This document shows, piece by piece, positions 14,101 to 28,343 of a stretch of 64,000 nucleotides of DNA. Each line of letters begins with the position of its first letter. The first letter of the stretch is position 1. The notes under the pieces are model-generated. The model searched no databases and was not told the DNA's origin. It worked only from the letters and a program-made list of their open reading frames with translations. The stretch lies in NCBI RefSeq assembly GCF_009914755.1, contig NC_060935.1, one strand, 5' to 3'. Source of the DNA: the human T2T-CHM13v2.0 reference genome, Homo sapiens. A program made the translations under genes and the position numbers.

Positions 14101-15920
14101 TCTGGTGAAATGGCACATACCATAAGCGTGTAGGGGGAAAGAAGTAGGAAGAAGAGAGATGTGAAAAAATATTCCTACCAGAAGATTTGGGTGGCAGGTC
14201 ATGGTGGTGGAATTTAAGTAGCTTGTGAAAAGTAGTAACATTGAAGGGAGTCGGTTATATACACACATATATGTACATATACAGATGTCAGCACTTGTCT
14301 GCTGTGTCAGAAATACAACTATATACATGCATACTCACAGTGTCATTTAATATGTCCAGCTCTCCTCTCAGTTTAGTTAAGAGCTAGATGTGACATATTC
14401 TTCACCTACAGAGTATTACTGTCTTAATGGCACTATGAGTTGTTTATCTGGGATTATCTCTAAAGACAAGCCAGAAGGCATCATAAAATGTAAGAGTAAC
14501 TAGAAGAACTTTATGTTGCCTATATATTGAAGAAAAGTCACTTTTATTCCTTATTCTAGATAAAATTTACATAGATAATACAAGGAGAATCGTGTCTTTA
14601 AATGTTCTCGGGAAATGAGAGTAGGCTGGAATGTGTTAATTCCAAAGAAATATGCATGTGCACTTCGACAACAAAAAAGACTCGTATAAGCATGAAATAA
14701 AATATGAACAGAATTTAGGGACATATTCTCAATTCCCTTCACCAAGGACAGTACCCACACAGGGAGGTGAGGCTCCACCAGTCCCTAATGTCTCTGTAGG
14801 ATTGCTGAGCTAGAAGGTGCTAGGAGGTAAGGCATCTTGGAAGGTGATGCTCAGAGCACTTGGAAGTTCCAAAGGAATCCGTACTCTAAGGGCTGGTTGC
14901 ACAGTCAACAATGGTGATATTTACTCAAGCACGTCAAGAGGTAAGAGGCAAAAGGAGAGAAACTCACAGCATAATAAATTATGCATTTAATTGACCTAGA
15001 AAATCCAAGGAAGACCAAACAAGGTACAAATTGTAGGAAACAGTTTGATAACATACACGAAATATTTTCCCTGTATTATTTTTGGAAGAGCAGCATGATT
15101 TGGGTTACCTAGTTTTCCTCCATTTGTACCCTGATGATGGTAGACTGGTTCATACTAATGCCCTTGTAGTGTTAAAGTCTCAAAGGCTGACACCAGGGAA
15201 GTTTTCCTCTTACCTTCATTTCTTTTCAATTTTGAACTGAAGGAATGAAAAGTAGAACTGATCTTTCAAAATCTTTACCTAATTTGTAAATTTTACCTAA
15301 TTTGTAGGGAAATTGTTTTTCCTTAGTACTTCACGAGCACACACCATAAGGCTATTGCCATTAGACAGTTTGTTTTTCAATATCAATTCAACCAACCTTC
15401 TCTTTTTCTCATTCATGGTGTTCTGTTCAGCTCACACCCACAGTCCCTCCTCTGCCTTCATTCCTGCCCTTATAGTCTCCCATCTGCCCCAGCCACATGC
15501 TTCTTCTCCATGCATTGTCGACCAGCCAGCCCACAACTTTCAGAAAATATTCCTTCACTAGTAAATGTTCTGAATTTCTCAGGAAACAACAGGAAAATAA
15601 AAAGCTGTCTTTTAAGTTACCTTCCAAAATCCCAGTCATTCCTCTCTGAAATTCTTAAGCAAATGCTTATCATTATTCCAGACCCCACTTGCTGGGTCTT
15701 GTGAGGCTTTTCCAACCTCCTGTTTATCAGGTTCCTTTATTCTTTCCTTTAAAGAGCATGTCCTAAAAATCCTCTTCTCTTTAGTTTTTGGGGAAAAAAA
15801 GGTAAAGAATTCATAGTCTTTGTGTGTGGAAACAGTTTTAAAAACTGCCCTTTGAATCTTGCATTCATTCATTTATTCATTGATCCAACAAACATATCAA
15901 GCATCTCCCATGTGCTATAA

Positions 15921-16216
<296 letters not shown>

Positions 16217-18481
16217 GTGCTATAATTTTTGGTAGTACTTTGGACAAATGAATACATCAGATGTTGCCTCTACCTTTAAGGAGAATCTAACAGAAGGGAT
16301 GGTAAATCAGCACAAATAACAAAAAGGCAAATTTAAAAACGTGTAAGTACCATAAAAGAGGTAGCATAAACTATTTAGAAAGCAATGAAAAAGAAGAGAT
16401 TATATCCATGGTGGACATTAGGGCAGGCTCATGGAAGATTTAGCACTTTGCTAGAGTTTGTTGTTAGGGTAGTATTTAGTTATACAGATATAGGGGGAAT
16501 TCTGAGAAAGGAAAGGTACAGCAAAGGCACAGGGTGGGAAAGGCTTCATTGATTATTGTTTTGGAAGAAATGTGACACCAAGAAAAAAATTGTAAATCAA
16601 TGATTACCCAGCTTAAAATTAAGATTTAGACCAAATTTGAGCTTATTCTTGATTGAAAACTAATAGCTTCCTATTCTTGATGCTAACCAATATTACCTTT
16701 AACCAACTCACAGATAATTCATGTTCATAAATTCAGTGAAAATCTTCTTAAACCTCTTGAGGTGATAAGTTCTATGTGTTTATTCCTCACTGTTTGAAAT
16801 AGGCACATTGATATACGTTTGGAGGCCCTAGATGGCTCAATCATTTAGGTTATATTACTTATTATTTTTCATTAAGCAAATATTACGTGTTTTGTATTCC
16901 TGCCCACTTTCATAAGTTCTAAACTTCCTACTTTCTAAGTTCAAGTGGGGTCCACTATAAATCCAATATTTACCTTATCAAATATTTAACTTAGTTCAAT
17001 TTGACTCAGTTTAACAAACATTTATTGAGCTCTACTATGTGCCAAGAACTGTGCTAGAAATAGAGAACACAAAGATAAATGTAATATTATGACAATCCTC
17101 TGTTTCTTTTCTACTATCACTCAGTGTGCAACTGTCTCTGCCCACAAGTGGAGCATATGTATTTTCTTCCTGTTAGCACGATGCTTGATAAGTAATTGCT
17201 ACCATTTTTTTTCCATTAAACACGCAGTCACTAGGCTACATGTCTATCACATCTAAATATGTCACGATGCTCTAACTTAGACTGCAGACCTCAGAATACC
17301 TAACGGTACCTTTGTATGGTGGGACTACCATACGTTGAGTGCTTTCTGCTGGTGAATGGTTTAAATTTAACTTCATGACAATTGCACTTCCAGTAAAAAT
17401 AGAGTAACAGGGCCTGGATTTGCATTCCCACCTAAAATAACCAAACAAAAGGACACAATGTAGGAAAGAATGGGTTTCAAGAATGCACATGAGACAAAAA
17501 ACAATGAACACAGAGAGAAAAGAAACAAACAAGGTGGGCCCTGTGATTTCTAATTCTTATAGCCTTTAACTTCCAGGCCATATTCCAGAAAGGAGGAATC
17601 CAGTTGTGGCCAATGGACTTGTTGCGTTGAGAAGACAGAATTGGTTTGCTGGGAAGATCAAGGCAGCAAGTAGAAATAGATAAATCCACAATTATAATTG
17701 AAGATATCAACACCTTTAAATAATTAATAGAACAAATAGAAAATCTGTAAAGATAGAGAAGACTTGTATAAAACTAGGCACCAATTTGAGCTAATAAACC
17801 TTTATAGAATATTTTACTCCACAACAGCAAAATGTACACATTTTTAAGTGCTCAAATAGTATTTACCAAGATAGAACATATTTTTAACTTGAAATCAAAT
17901 TTTCATAAATTTAAAAAGATTCACGTCACAGGAAATATAATCTCTGGCTATAATAGGACTAAGTTGAAAATCAATAACAGAACAATCTCTGGAAACTCTC
18001 AAAATATTAAGAAAATAAATGACACAATTCCAAATAGCTCACTGGTTAAAGAAAAAAATTAAAAATGAGAATATATTTTGAACTGAATGAACATAAACTA
18101 CAATATATTGAATTTGCTGGATTCCCTTAAAGCAGTAATTAAGGAAACATACATATCACTACACGCTTATATTTGAAAAGAAGGTAGTGTCAAATTACTG
18201 ACTTCAGCTTCCATCTTTCACGAGAAAAAAAATATAGCAAATTAAACCCAAAGTAGGCAAATGAAAGGAAATAAAAAATAACAGCACAGAAGATAGAGGA
18301 AAACCAATGAAAATGAAAGCTGGTTCTTTGAGAATATCAATAAAATTGATGACACTCTAGCAAGACTGATTAGGAGAAACAAATTATCAAAATCAAGATG
18401 GAGGAAGATGACATCCCTGCCAATCCTACAATCCTACAAACATGAGGAGCTAATAAGGAAATCTTTATGTATGTAGGTATA

Positions 18482-18751
18482 TATTTATTTATTTATTCTT
18501 ATAGACAGTCTAATGTTATGATCATGGCTCACTGAAGACTTGAAATCCTGGCTTCAGGCAGTCCTCTGGCCTCAGCCTCCTGAGTAGCTGGGACCACACG
18601 CCTGGCTAAGTTTTTTTTTTTTTTTTTTTTTTTTTGAGACAGGGTCTCACTTTGTTGCCCAGGCTGGTCCTGAACTCCTGGCTTCAAGCAATCCTCCAGC
18701 CTCAGTTTCTCAAAGTGCTAGGATTATAAAACATGAGCCACTGTACCTGGC
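18482..18751 (-). mobile_element. AluJ-like with long central T run
   Basis: gagacagggtctcactttgttgcccaggctggtc..gaactcctggcttcaagcaatcctcc, J-type features. Confidence 0.8.
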
Positions 18752-19277
18752 TGAGAAAATCTTATAAACAACTTTTTCCCCCCAAAAATTAATACCTTAG
18801 ATGAAATGGACAAATTCCTTGAAAGATGCAAACTAATCAAGAAGAAATAAGTACTTTACATAGTCACATCATAAGCTATTAAAGATATTTGTAATTAAAA
18901 TCATCCCACTAAGAGAACTCCAGGCCCAGATGGCTTCACTGATAAATTCCCTCTAAATATTTTAAAGAAAGAAATAATAACGATTCTACACAAAATTTTT
19001 CAGAGAACTCAAGAGGAACAAATACTTTCCAGATCATTTTTTTTTTGAGGCCAGCATTACCCTAATCCCAAACCAGATGAAGATATTACAAGAAAAGCTA
19101 ATATCAATAAACCCTCATGAATATACAAGCAAAAATTCTTAAAAAATTTTTTAGCAAATTTAATCGAACAATATATAAAAAGGATAATGCATCATGACCA
19201 AGTAGGCTTTATCCTGGGAATACGAAATTGGTTTAACATTTACAAATGAACCAATGAAATTTATTAAGTTTTCTTTT

Positions 19278-20407
19278 CCTGAAAATTAAATAATGAATTT
19301 ATTCATATGTTGAACACCTCGTTAACTATTTTCACAAATTGTAATTATGAAATAGTAAACATTATTTTATTTATTTATTTATTTATTTTATTATACTTTA
19401 AGTTCTGGGGTACATGTGCAGAACATGTAGGTTTGTTACACAGATATACATGTGCCATGGTGGATTGCTGAACCCATCAACCCGTCACAAAAACACCAAA
19501 AGTAATGGCAACAAAAGCCAAAATAGACAAATGGGATCTAACTAAAGAGCTTCTGCACAGCCTATGAAACTAGCATCAGAGTAAACAGGTAACCTACAGA
19601 ATGGTAGAAAATTTTTGCAATCTATCCATCTGACAAAGGGCTAATATCCAGAATCTACAAAGAACTTAAACAAATTTACAAGAAAAAAACAAACAACCCC
19701 ATCAAAAAGTGGGTGAAGGGTATGAACATACACTTCTCAAAAGAAAACATTTATGTAGCCAAAAAACATATGAAAAAAGCTCATCATCACTGGTCATTAG
19801 AGAAATGCAAATCAAAACCACAATGAGATACCATCTCAAGACAGAATGGTCATCATTAAAAAGGAAACAACAGATGCTGGAGAGAATGTGGAGAAATAGG
19901 AACAATTTTACACTGTTGGTGGGAGTGTAAATTAATTCAACCATTGTGGAAGATAGTGTGGCGATTCCTCAAGGACCTAGAACTAGAAATACCATTTGAC
20001 CCAGCAATCCCATTACTCGGTATATACCCAAAGGATTATAAGTCATTCTACTATAAGGACAAATGCACATGTATGTTTATTGTGGCACTGTTCACAATAG
20101 CAAAGACTTAGAACTAATCCAAATGCCCATCAGTGATAGACTGGATAAAGAAAATGTGGCACATATACACCATGGAATACTATGCAGCCATATAAAAGGA
20201 TGAGTTCACATCTTTTGCAGGGACATGGATGAAGATGGAAACCATCATTCTCAGCAAACTAACACAAGAAGAAAAAACCAAACACCACATGTTCTCACTC
20301 ATAAGTAGGAGTTGAACAATGAGAACAAATGGACACGGGGAGGGGAACATCACACACTGGGGCCTGTTGTGGCATGGGGGTGCTAAGGGAGGGATAGAAT
20401 TAGGAGC
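19278..20407 (-). mobile_element. L1PA7/8-like insertion with 5' inversion (twin priming) and probable ~85-bp 3' transduction
   Basis: 3' terminus and A-rich tail on minus (19362-19487); adjacent upstream L1 segment on plus (19488-20406); TSD-like atttattaa(g/c)tttt at 19259 and 20408. Confidence 0.85.
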
Positions 20408-20848
20408 ATTTATTAACTTTTTTTTAAAGAAACAAAACTAATTAACAACTTAACGATTATCTTAGTAGGCACAGAAACAACATTTTACAAAATCCAATAT
20501 CTATTTCTGGTTTTAACAAAAAACTCTTAGGACAAGATAAGTACGTCCCTTCTCACCACTTATATTCAACATTGTCGGAGAGGTTCCAAACAGTGTAACA
20601 AGGCAAGTAAAATAAATACAGATTGGAAACAAAGAAATAAAGATGCTTTTATTACACATGACATAATTATCTGTGGAAAATCTCATGAATTCTAAAGAAA
20701 TGCTAGTAGAATCTTTAGCAAATTTAACAAGGTTGTAGAACACAAGATTAATATCCAAAGATCAATTGTGTCTCTATATACTAGCAATAAATTCATAGAA
20801 ATTAAAATAAAAAATAATGCAATTTACGACAAATTTTTGAAATATTAA

Positions 20849-21107
<259 letters not shown>

Positions 21108-21247
21108 TAAAACTGATTTTTAAAGTGTGCAAGGCATGTACACTGAAAACTACAAAAAAAGAAAAAAGAGGATATAATATTAAGATTTCATGCTCTGAAA
21201 ACTGAATCCCAGATAGTGACTACAGGGGTTGAACCATACATCTATAA

Positions 21248-21582
<335 letters not shown>

Positions 21583-21989
21583 TAGATAACTGATTTTTAA
21601 TGAAGGTACAAAGGCAACTTAATAAAGGAAAGATAATATTTTCAATAAATGATGCAGGGACAATTGGTTATCCATATGCAAAACAACAAACTTTGATTCA
21701 CACCTCTTGTTACATGTTAACTCAACGTGGATTATATACTTAGATGTAAAACCTAAATAAAGCATCTAAAGAAAAACATGAGAGAAGATCTTTATGACCT
21801 TGGGTTAGGTAGAATACAAAAAGCAAAATCCATAAAAGAACAAACTGATAAATCAGACATCATTAAAATTAAAAATTTCTGTTCTTTAAAAAATATTGTT
21901 AAGAAAATAGAGAAGCCACAGAATGAAAAGAGATACTTACAAATCATACATCTCATAAAGGACTTGTTTCTAAAAAACAAATAACTCTT

Positions 21990-22212
21990 TTTTTTTGTCT
22001 TTTTTTAAAATTATTATTATACTTTAAGTTTTAGGGTACATGTGCACAATGTGCAGGTTAGTTACATATGTATACATGTGCCATGCTGGTGTGCTGCACC
22101 CATTAACTCATCATTTAGCATTAGGTAGATCTCCTAATGCTATCCCTCCCCCCTCCCCCCAGCCCACAACAGTCCCCAGAGTGTGATGTTCCCCTTCCTG
22201 TGTCCATGTGAT
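21990..22212 (-). mobile_element. Young L1PA (about L1PA2-4) 3' end, heavily 5'-truncated
   Basis: tatactttaagttttagggtacatgtgcacaatgtgcaggttagttacat...; perfect 16-bp TSD aaaacaaataactctt at 21974-21989 and 22213-22228. Confidence 0.92.
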
Positions 22213-24518
22213 AAAACAAATAACTCTTAAAATTCAATCAGAAAAAAAAACCCAAAAATGAGCCAAAGATTTAAACAGACACTTCACCAGTGAAGATATA
22301 GGTATCAAATAAGCATCTGAAAAGATAATCAACATCATGACTTGTTAGAGAAATGAAAATTAAAACCCCAGTAAGATACTACTACATACCTATTAGAATG
22401 GTTAATATTTAAAAAGACTGACCATATCAAGTGTTGGTGATGATGTGGAAGATTGGAAGTCTCATACACTGCTGGTGAGAATATAAAAAATTGTACAACC
22501 CCTTTGGAAACAGGTCAGTATTTTTTTCTTAAGTTAAATATGTACCTACCCTGGGATTTAATGATTCTGCTCCTAGGCATTTACTGAGGATAAATAAAAG
22601 CACATGTCTATTCAAAGACTTTTATACAAATATTCATAGTAGCTTTATCTGTAATAGCCAAAAGCTTGAAATAACATCAAAAGATGAATAGATTAAACAA
22701 TTGTGGTATTTGCATGCAACAGAATAGTGTTCAGCAATAAAAAAGAATGAAATATTGACACATGCAAAAACATGGACTAATCTTTAAATAATCATGTTGA
22801 GTGAAAGAGGACAAACAAAAAGTACATACTATATGATCTCACTTATATAAAATTATAGAAAATGCAATTTAATGTATAAAGACAGAAAGGAGAGTAATAG
22901 TTGACTGGGAATGGGGAGGTAGAGCAGGTAGGATAAGGTAGTTGGAGGGAGGGATTACAAAAGTCTGGAGAGATTACAAAAAGGCATGAAGAAATTTGCA
23001 GAGGGGTGATGGATATGCTTAGTATCTTGAATTGATGGTTTCATATGTGAAAACTCATCAAACTGTACCTCAGTGAAGCTATTTAAATTTTTTTAAGTTT
23101 CTAGAGAAACCATCAGGAAGTCTTATACTCCTGGGGCTTATCATAAGTGATAAGCACTCATCATTTAATGCTGTAATCTTGCAGTTCAATCTGTCTCCTT
23201 GAAGAGGGGTTGGGGGAGAAAAAAAAGCTTAGAAAGCAATGACCTTCCAGCAGGAAGGGAGGCAGAGGATATGGATAAGTTTAATCAGAGAAAAAGACCA
23301 AGACTTTACCATCCAGGACCTTACTTCTAGTTATGGTTCTTGCTCTAATTTAGCTGTAAGATCTTGGTTCAGTCATTTTGCTTTGACATGCTTCAATGAC
23401 TCAATTTTAAAATGAAAGGATTAGATGCAACCAACTCTCAAGTTCTTTCAGAGCCATAACTCAATGATCTATAGATATATTTTAAACATCAACAATCCCA
23501 TTTTCCTCACAACTCAGCACTTATAGGTATGGCCCTAAATTTAGCAGAACCACTTCATGTAATTTTGAAGTATGTACTATGTCATATATGCTGGTAATCT
23601 CTCTCCTGTGATAGAGTAAACTCTCTGGAGGGTGAGGTCCTCTATCCTAAAATTTCTAGTTTCCCCATAGTATTTAAAGTTCAGAGCCTACATCATTGTA
23701 ATATTGACTTTACAACTGACACTAAAATTATAACAATGCATATCTATCATTTTACTGCTTAAAAAGCTACTTTCCCACATGGCATCCCCATGAAGGTCTT
23801 ATTCGTAATATACAGATAGAGAAATAGGTTCACAGAGGCTAAAGTAACTGACATCACCACTAACTAGCCTTGTGACCATGGCCAAGTTCCATAGTTTCTG
23901 TAAATAGAGCCTGTGAGATAATAGTACTTATCTCATAGGATTGTTGAGGATTAAATGAGTTAATATTGATAAAACTTTAGAGCAGAACCTGGCACATAGT
24001 AAGCACTATTATTAGTGTTTATGAAATTAATTTAACTTTACTGATTTATTTAACAAGTAAGAATTAAGTAATAGATCTAAGATTAAATTCACATCTTTTG
24101 GTTATTAGTCCAACATACATTTGACCAGTGATCAGTAATTATATAAGGTAATTGTAGATTCACCTTTCCTAACCACCATTACACCCTAGTCTAAAGGATG
24201 TAACCTCCTAGTTTTCTTCCTCCCTGAATCCTATTTGCTTCCTTTTCCTCCATAGTATTTACTTTTTAATTTTCTTCCTCCTCCACTAAACTGTAAGCTC
24301 AGAGAGCAGAAGCCAATGTACAGCCAGCTCCAGCACAGTACCTAGAATATAAGACTCTTTAAAGGTTTGCTTGATATTATTACTATTAATGGGGCCTAAA
24401 TAGATAAAAGCTAATTACAATTTCAAAAATATATGTTAGTATATTTACCAGGATTTTCTGTATTAAAAAGATCTATGGTGAATTCAGCCATGACTCTTAA
24501 AAACAAAAAACAAAAAAT

Positions 24519-24803
<285 letters not shown>

Positions 24804-26151
24804 TCAAACCTGGCATCTGACCCATTTTTTCCTATTTGAGAGAGTGATACCTTGATGGGCAAGACTCACATGACTGTGCCATGGCAAAATGGCAAATGCC
24901 ATATTTTATAAGGGGAATTATATGACCTGTGGTGTATTGAAGTCCATATAATATAAAATTGTGCTACATATTCAATCATTCAGTCATGTCTCAAACCTGC
25001 TTAAGAGACGCGAGTCATCGTATTACAGTGATATCCTACACACACTGCAGAGTCTCTGGAATCATATGCCCAGTACTATAAGGGAAAGAAAACAAGAGAC
25101 CTGAGAGAAGTTGACTGAAGCAGGTGGGACCCCAGGTCTTGTTTGCACATAGTTCTGCAGAATGCTAGATCACAGCATGTTAAACTTCAGACCAGAGTCA
25201 AGCCAGGACTAACCTAGATAGAACCGTGAGGCAGATGAAGTGTGTCTTCACCATCTTCTTCCCCATCTAGAGCCCTCAGCCATTCTCTACTGGACTTTCT
25301 TGACAGAAGGAAAGCTACCTGAACTCAACTGTAGGGCAGTATTAAGAATTTAATATGCCTCTCCCGCTACTTGCTTTCTTGACACTTTTCAAGGCCAGGT
25401 GTTAATCATATTTATCAGCTTGTTCTCAGCCTTTAGTGCATTGCCTGGCATATAACAAAGGACACCAAAGGTTTCTTAAATAAATAGGTGGACGTAGAAA
25501 ATGTTTTACTTGATGTTGATGTTAGGAATTCTTTATATTTGCAGAGCATGTTTCGATTGACAAAACACTTTTATAACTAGGACTTCTCTGTTACTTTTCA
25601 CATTCTCCCTATTTACACATTTAAACATTATTATGTAAGTGGCTCCCTTGTTTATTTTTTTGGCTCAGATTTCTCTCCTAAATTGAATATCCTGTTGCTT
25701 GCTGGTCATCTCTGCTCAGATATCTCACAGACCTCTCAGATATAACAGCTCCAAAAGCTGAGCTTTCATCCTCCTTCTTCCCTCCTCAAATCTGCTTCTC
25801 TTTCAACTTCCTCATCCAGTAAATCCCAGCTCCGCCCACTCCATTTCTCAAGTTAAATCTCAGGAGCCTTCACAACCACTTCATCAAGACCCTCTGATGG
25901 AATAATTTGGACCTGTCTGTCACCAGGGTCAGCTTGGCCCATCTCCCCCTTCTCTGTGACCTAGCCCCACAGGCCCTCTTCCATTATTTAGGATATAATA
26001 CATCCCATTCTCATTTTGGTTCCTATGCAAATGCCAGTTCTTCTGCCTCAAATCTTCTCCCACCTGTTCTCCAGAATGCTCTCCCACTTATCATTTAAAT
26101 CTTAGCTTCACTGTGCATCGTAGGAGGCTTACCAGATCCCTGTCCTCTATT

Positions 26152-26262
26152 TGCTAGATGCCAGTAATCCTTCCTTCTTCCAGATGTGAAAATTAAATAG
26201 GTCTCCAGACATGACCTAATGCCCCCTAGGGAAACAAAAGTAGGCCCAGCTGAGCACCACTG
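26152..26262 (+). mobile_element. MER20-like hAT DNA transposon fragment within L2-derived sequence
   Basis: ctagatgccagta...gtctccagacat..aatgccccctaggg...tgagcaccactg resembles the MER20 3' half. Confidence 0.65.
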
Positions 26263-27444
26263 CCCTATACCTTACTCACGACATCCTGTTATAGCTTTTC
26301 ATGGAAACTAGTTTGTAAACCTCTTTTGTGACTATTGTGTGATGTTTACATTACATACCTGAATTACTTCATTATGGATAAAAACTAGTTCTTTTGCTTA
26401 CAATGTATCATCTATATATAGATAGTGTCCAGCATGAGTAGGTACTCAATAAATATTTGTTGGATAAATGAATGAATTTCATTCTCATACAAACTCTATG
26501 GAATATGCACAGCCAGAATTAGCAACCCTATTTCTAAATTGAGGTAGAAGACACACTGAGTGGTTCAATGAGAGGCCCCTGAATCACATCATCAATAAAC
26601 GGTAGACCTAGGAATCCATTAACCTAGGTTTTATCACTCTCAATTCCTCTTACCAGCATGTATCCTTTTACTGCCATTACCATGTTTTTAACCTTCTCAG
26701 ATTACTTCATCTCCTTTCTCTTCCAAGTTCTTTATCACGTGTTGTCCTTGTAGTCCATGCACAGAAATATACACCTAGCTCTATATCAAGGGCTGAAAAG
26801 CTCAGACTTTACAGTGGCTTCCAGTGATGCTCCACTCTGCTGCTTTTAAAAACTCACAGCATATTAAATATAAGAGAGGTGGTTAGGGCTTCTCATGTAA
26901 TAGGAGTGCAAGGGGGTAAAAAAAAGTCAATAGCTCTCCTGAGTAAATTTGCTTTCATCATACACTTAGCTAGTCTTGTGGTCTACTCTAGTAAACAGTT
27001 AAGATACTCTAATCTTAAGGAATTGCAATATTGTTAACTAGAACATGGAATAACTTTTAAAGATGGCTGGCTAAAATTATCTTTTACTTTCATGCTGCTT
27101 AAGTATGGCCAAGCAGAAAAATCTCATTTGAAAATGAGAATTCTCTTAAATGGTACTTTTAGCATGCTAATGCACTTCCATGTTCCAAGGTTTTGAATAG
27201 CAAGATCTATATGGCACACTCAATTTTTTCCCTCAAATAAACTATTTTTCAATAGCCTAAGGGCCATAATGGTCAACAAGTGTCTGAGTGAGGACAGGGA
27301 ATGCTGTTGAGAGGTAAATTTGACTCAGAGATGCCCCTGAGCCATGGAAAGGAGCTGTGCTGGTGGGCTTTGTAATGTTAGAATCCCTTTACTGTTACCA
27401 AAGGCTGGGGTTGACGCCTAAGCTTTCCCATCTCTCTGCAGAAG

Positions 27445-27685
27445 CAGAGAGGATAGTTAAGCGTACATGATCTGGAGGTCAACTTTCCAGATTAGAATCC
27501 TAACTTCAACGCTTTTTAAATGTCTGATCTTGACCAGATTACTCTACACTTTGGGCCTCAGTTTCCTCATATGTAAAGTGGGTTTGATAATGATGTTTAT
27601 GTCATATAATTGTTGTGGGAGATTAAATGAGTTGATTCATGCATCCAGCATAAAATAAGTACCAAATAATAATTGTTACCTATTA
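27445..27685 (+). mobile_element. MIR
   Basis: gggcctcagtttcctcatatgtaaagtggg...ttgtgggagattaaatgagtt core. Confidence 0.75.
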
Positions 27686-28179
27686 TCTGTCTTCTTTACA
27701 TGTACATATTTCTATTTCTGTGTAAATAAAAGTATTTGGTGTTTTAGTAAGCTCTGCCCATATCCCAGATTTTATCATCTCACTAATTCACAAGCACCTT
27801 TAGGGCCTAACCTCCATTACATTTTCATCATCATAAAAGTATCACATTTGATTCTTACAACAATCCTAGGAGGTCGGGATGGTTATATCCATTTTACAGA
27901 TATGAAACTGAGATCTAGACTAGTTGGACTGTGCCTGTGATTATGCAATTAGATAGTGTTGGGGGGCCAGGGCTAAAGCTTTGGACTTCTTAGGAATACT
28001 CTTCTTTTCTTTTCAAACCATAGAATTTTCACAGACTCAAGTAAGACTTGTCTTAACACTTTTAGGATATTAAAATGACTTCAGAGCAAAGCTCCCTGGG
28101 AATCTGTTCTCCCTACTCCCTGCTCTAATCAATGTATCTTCACTGGGTAGCAGCTGCATGTTTTAGTCAGTGTTGCGTA

Positions 28180-28297
28180 AGTCTCTGTTTCTATCTCTCT
28201 CTCCTTCTTTACCTCTTCCTCCCTCCATCTCTCCTTTCTTCTCTCTTCCTTACTTCTACCTCTCTCCTTCTCTCCCTCCATATTTTTCTCTCTCTTA

Positions 28298-28341
<44 letters not shown>
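28180..28341. repeat. CT-rich low-complexity tract followed by a (CA)~21 microsatellite
   Basis: Seen directly; (AC)n at 28299-28341. Confidence 0.95.

Positions 28342-28343
<2 letters not shown>

Noticed and set aside
17832-19944. ORFs resembling L1 ORF2 endonuclease and C-terminal segments
   Set aside because: Decayed LINE-1 fragments with frameshifts and stops.
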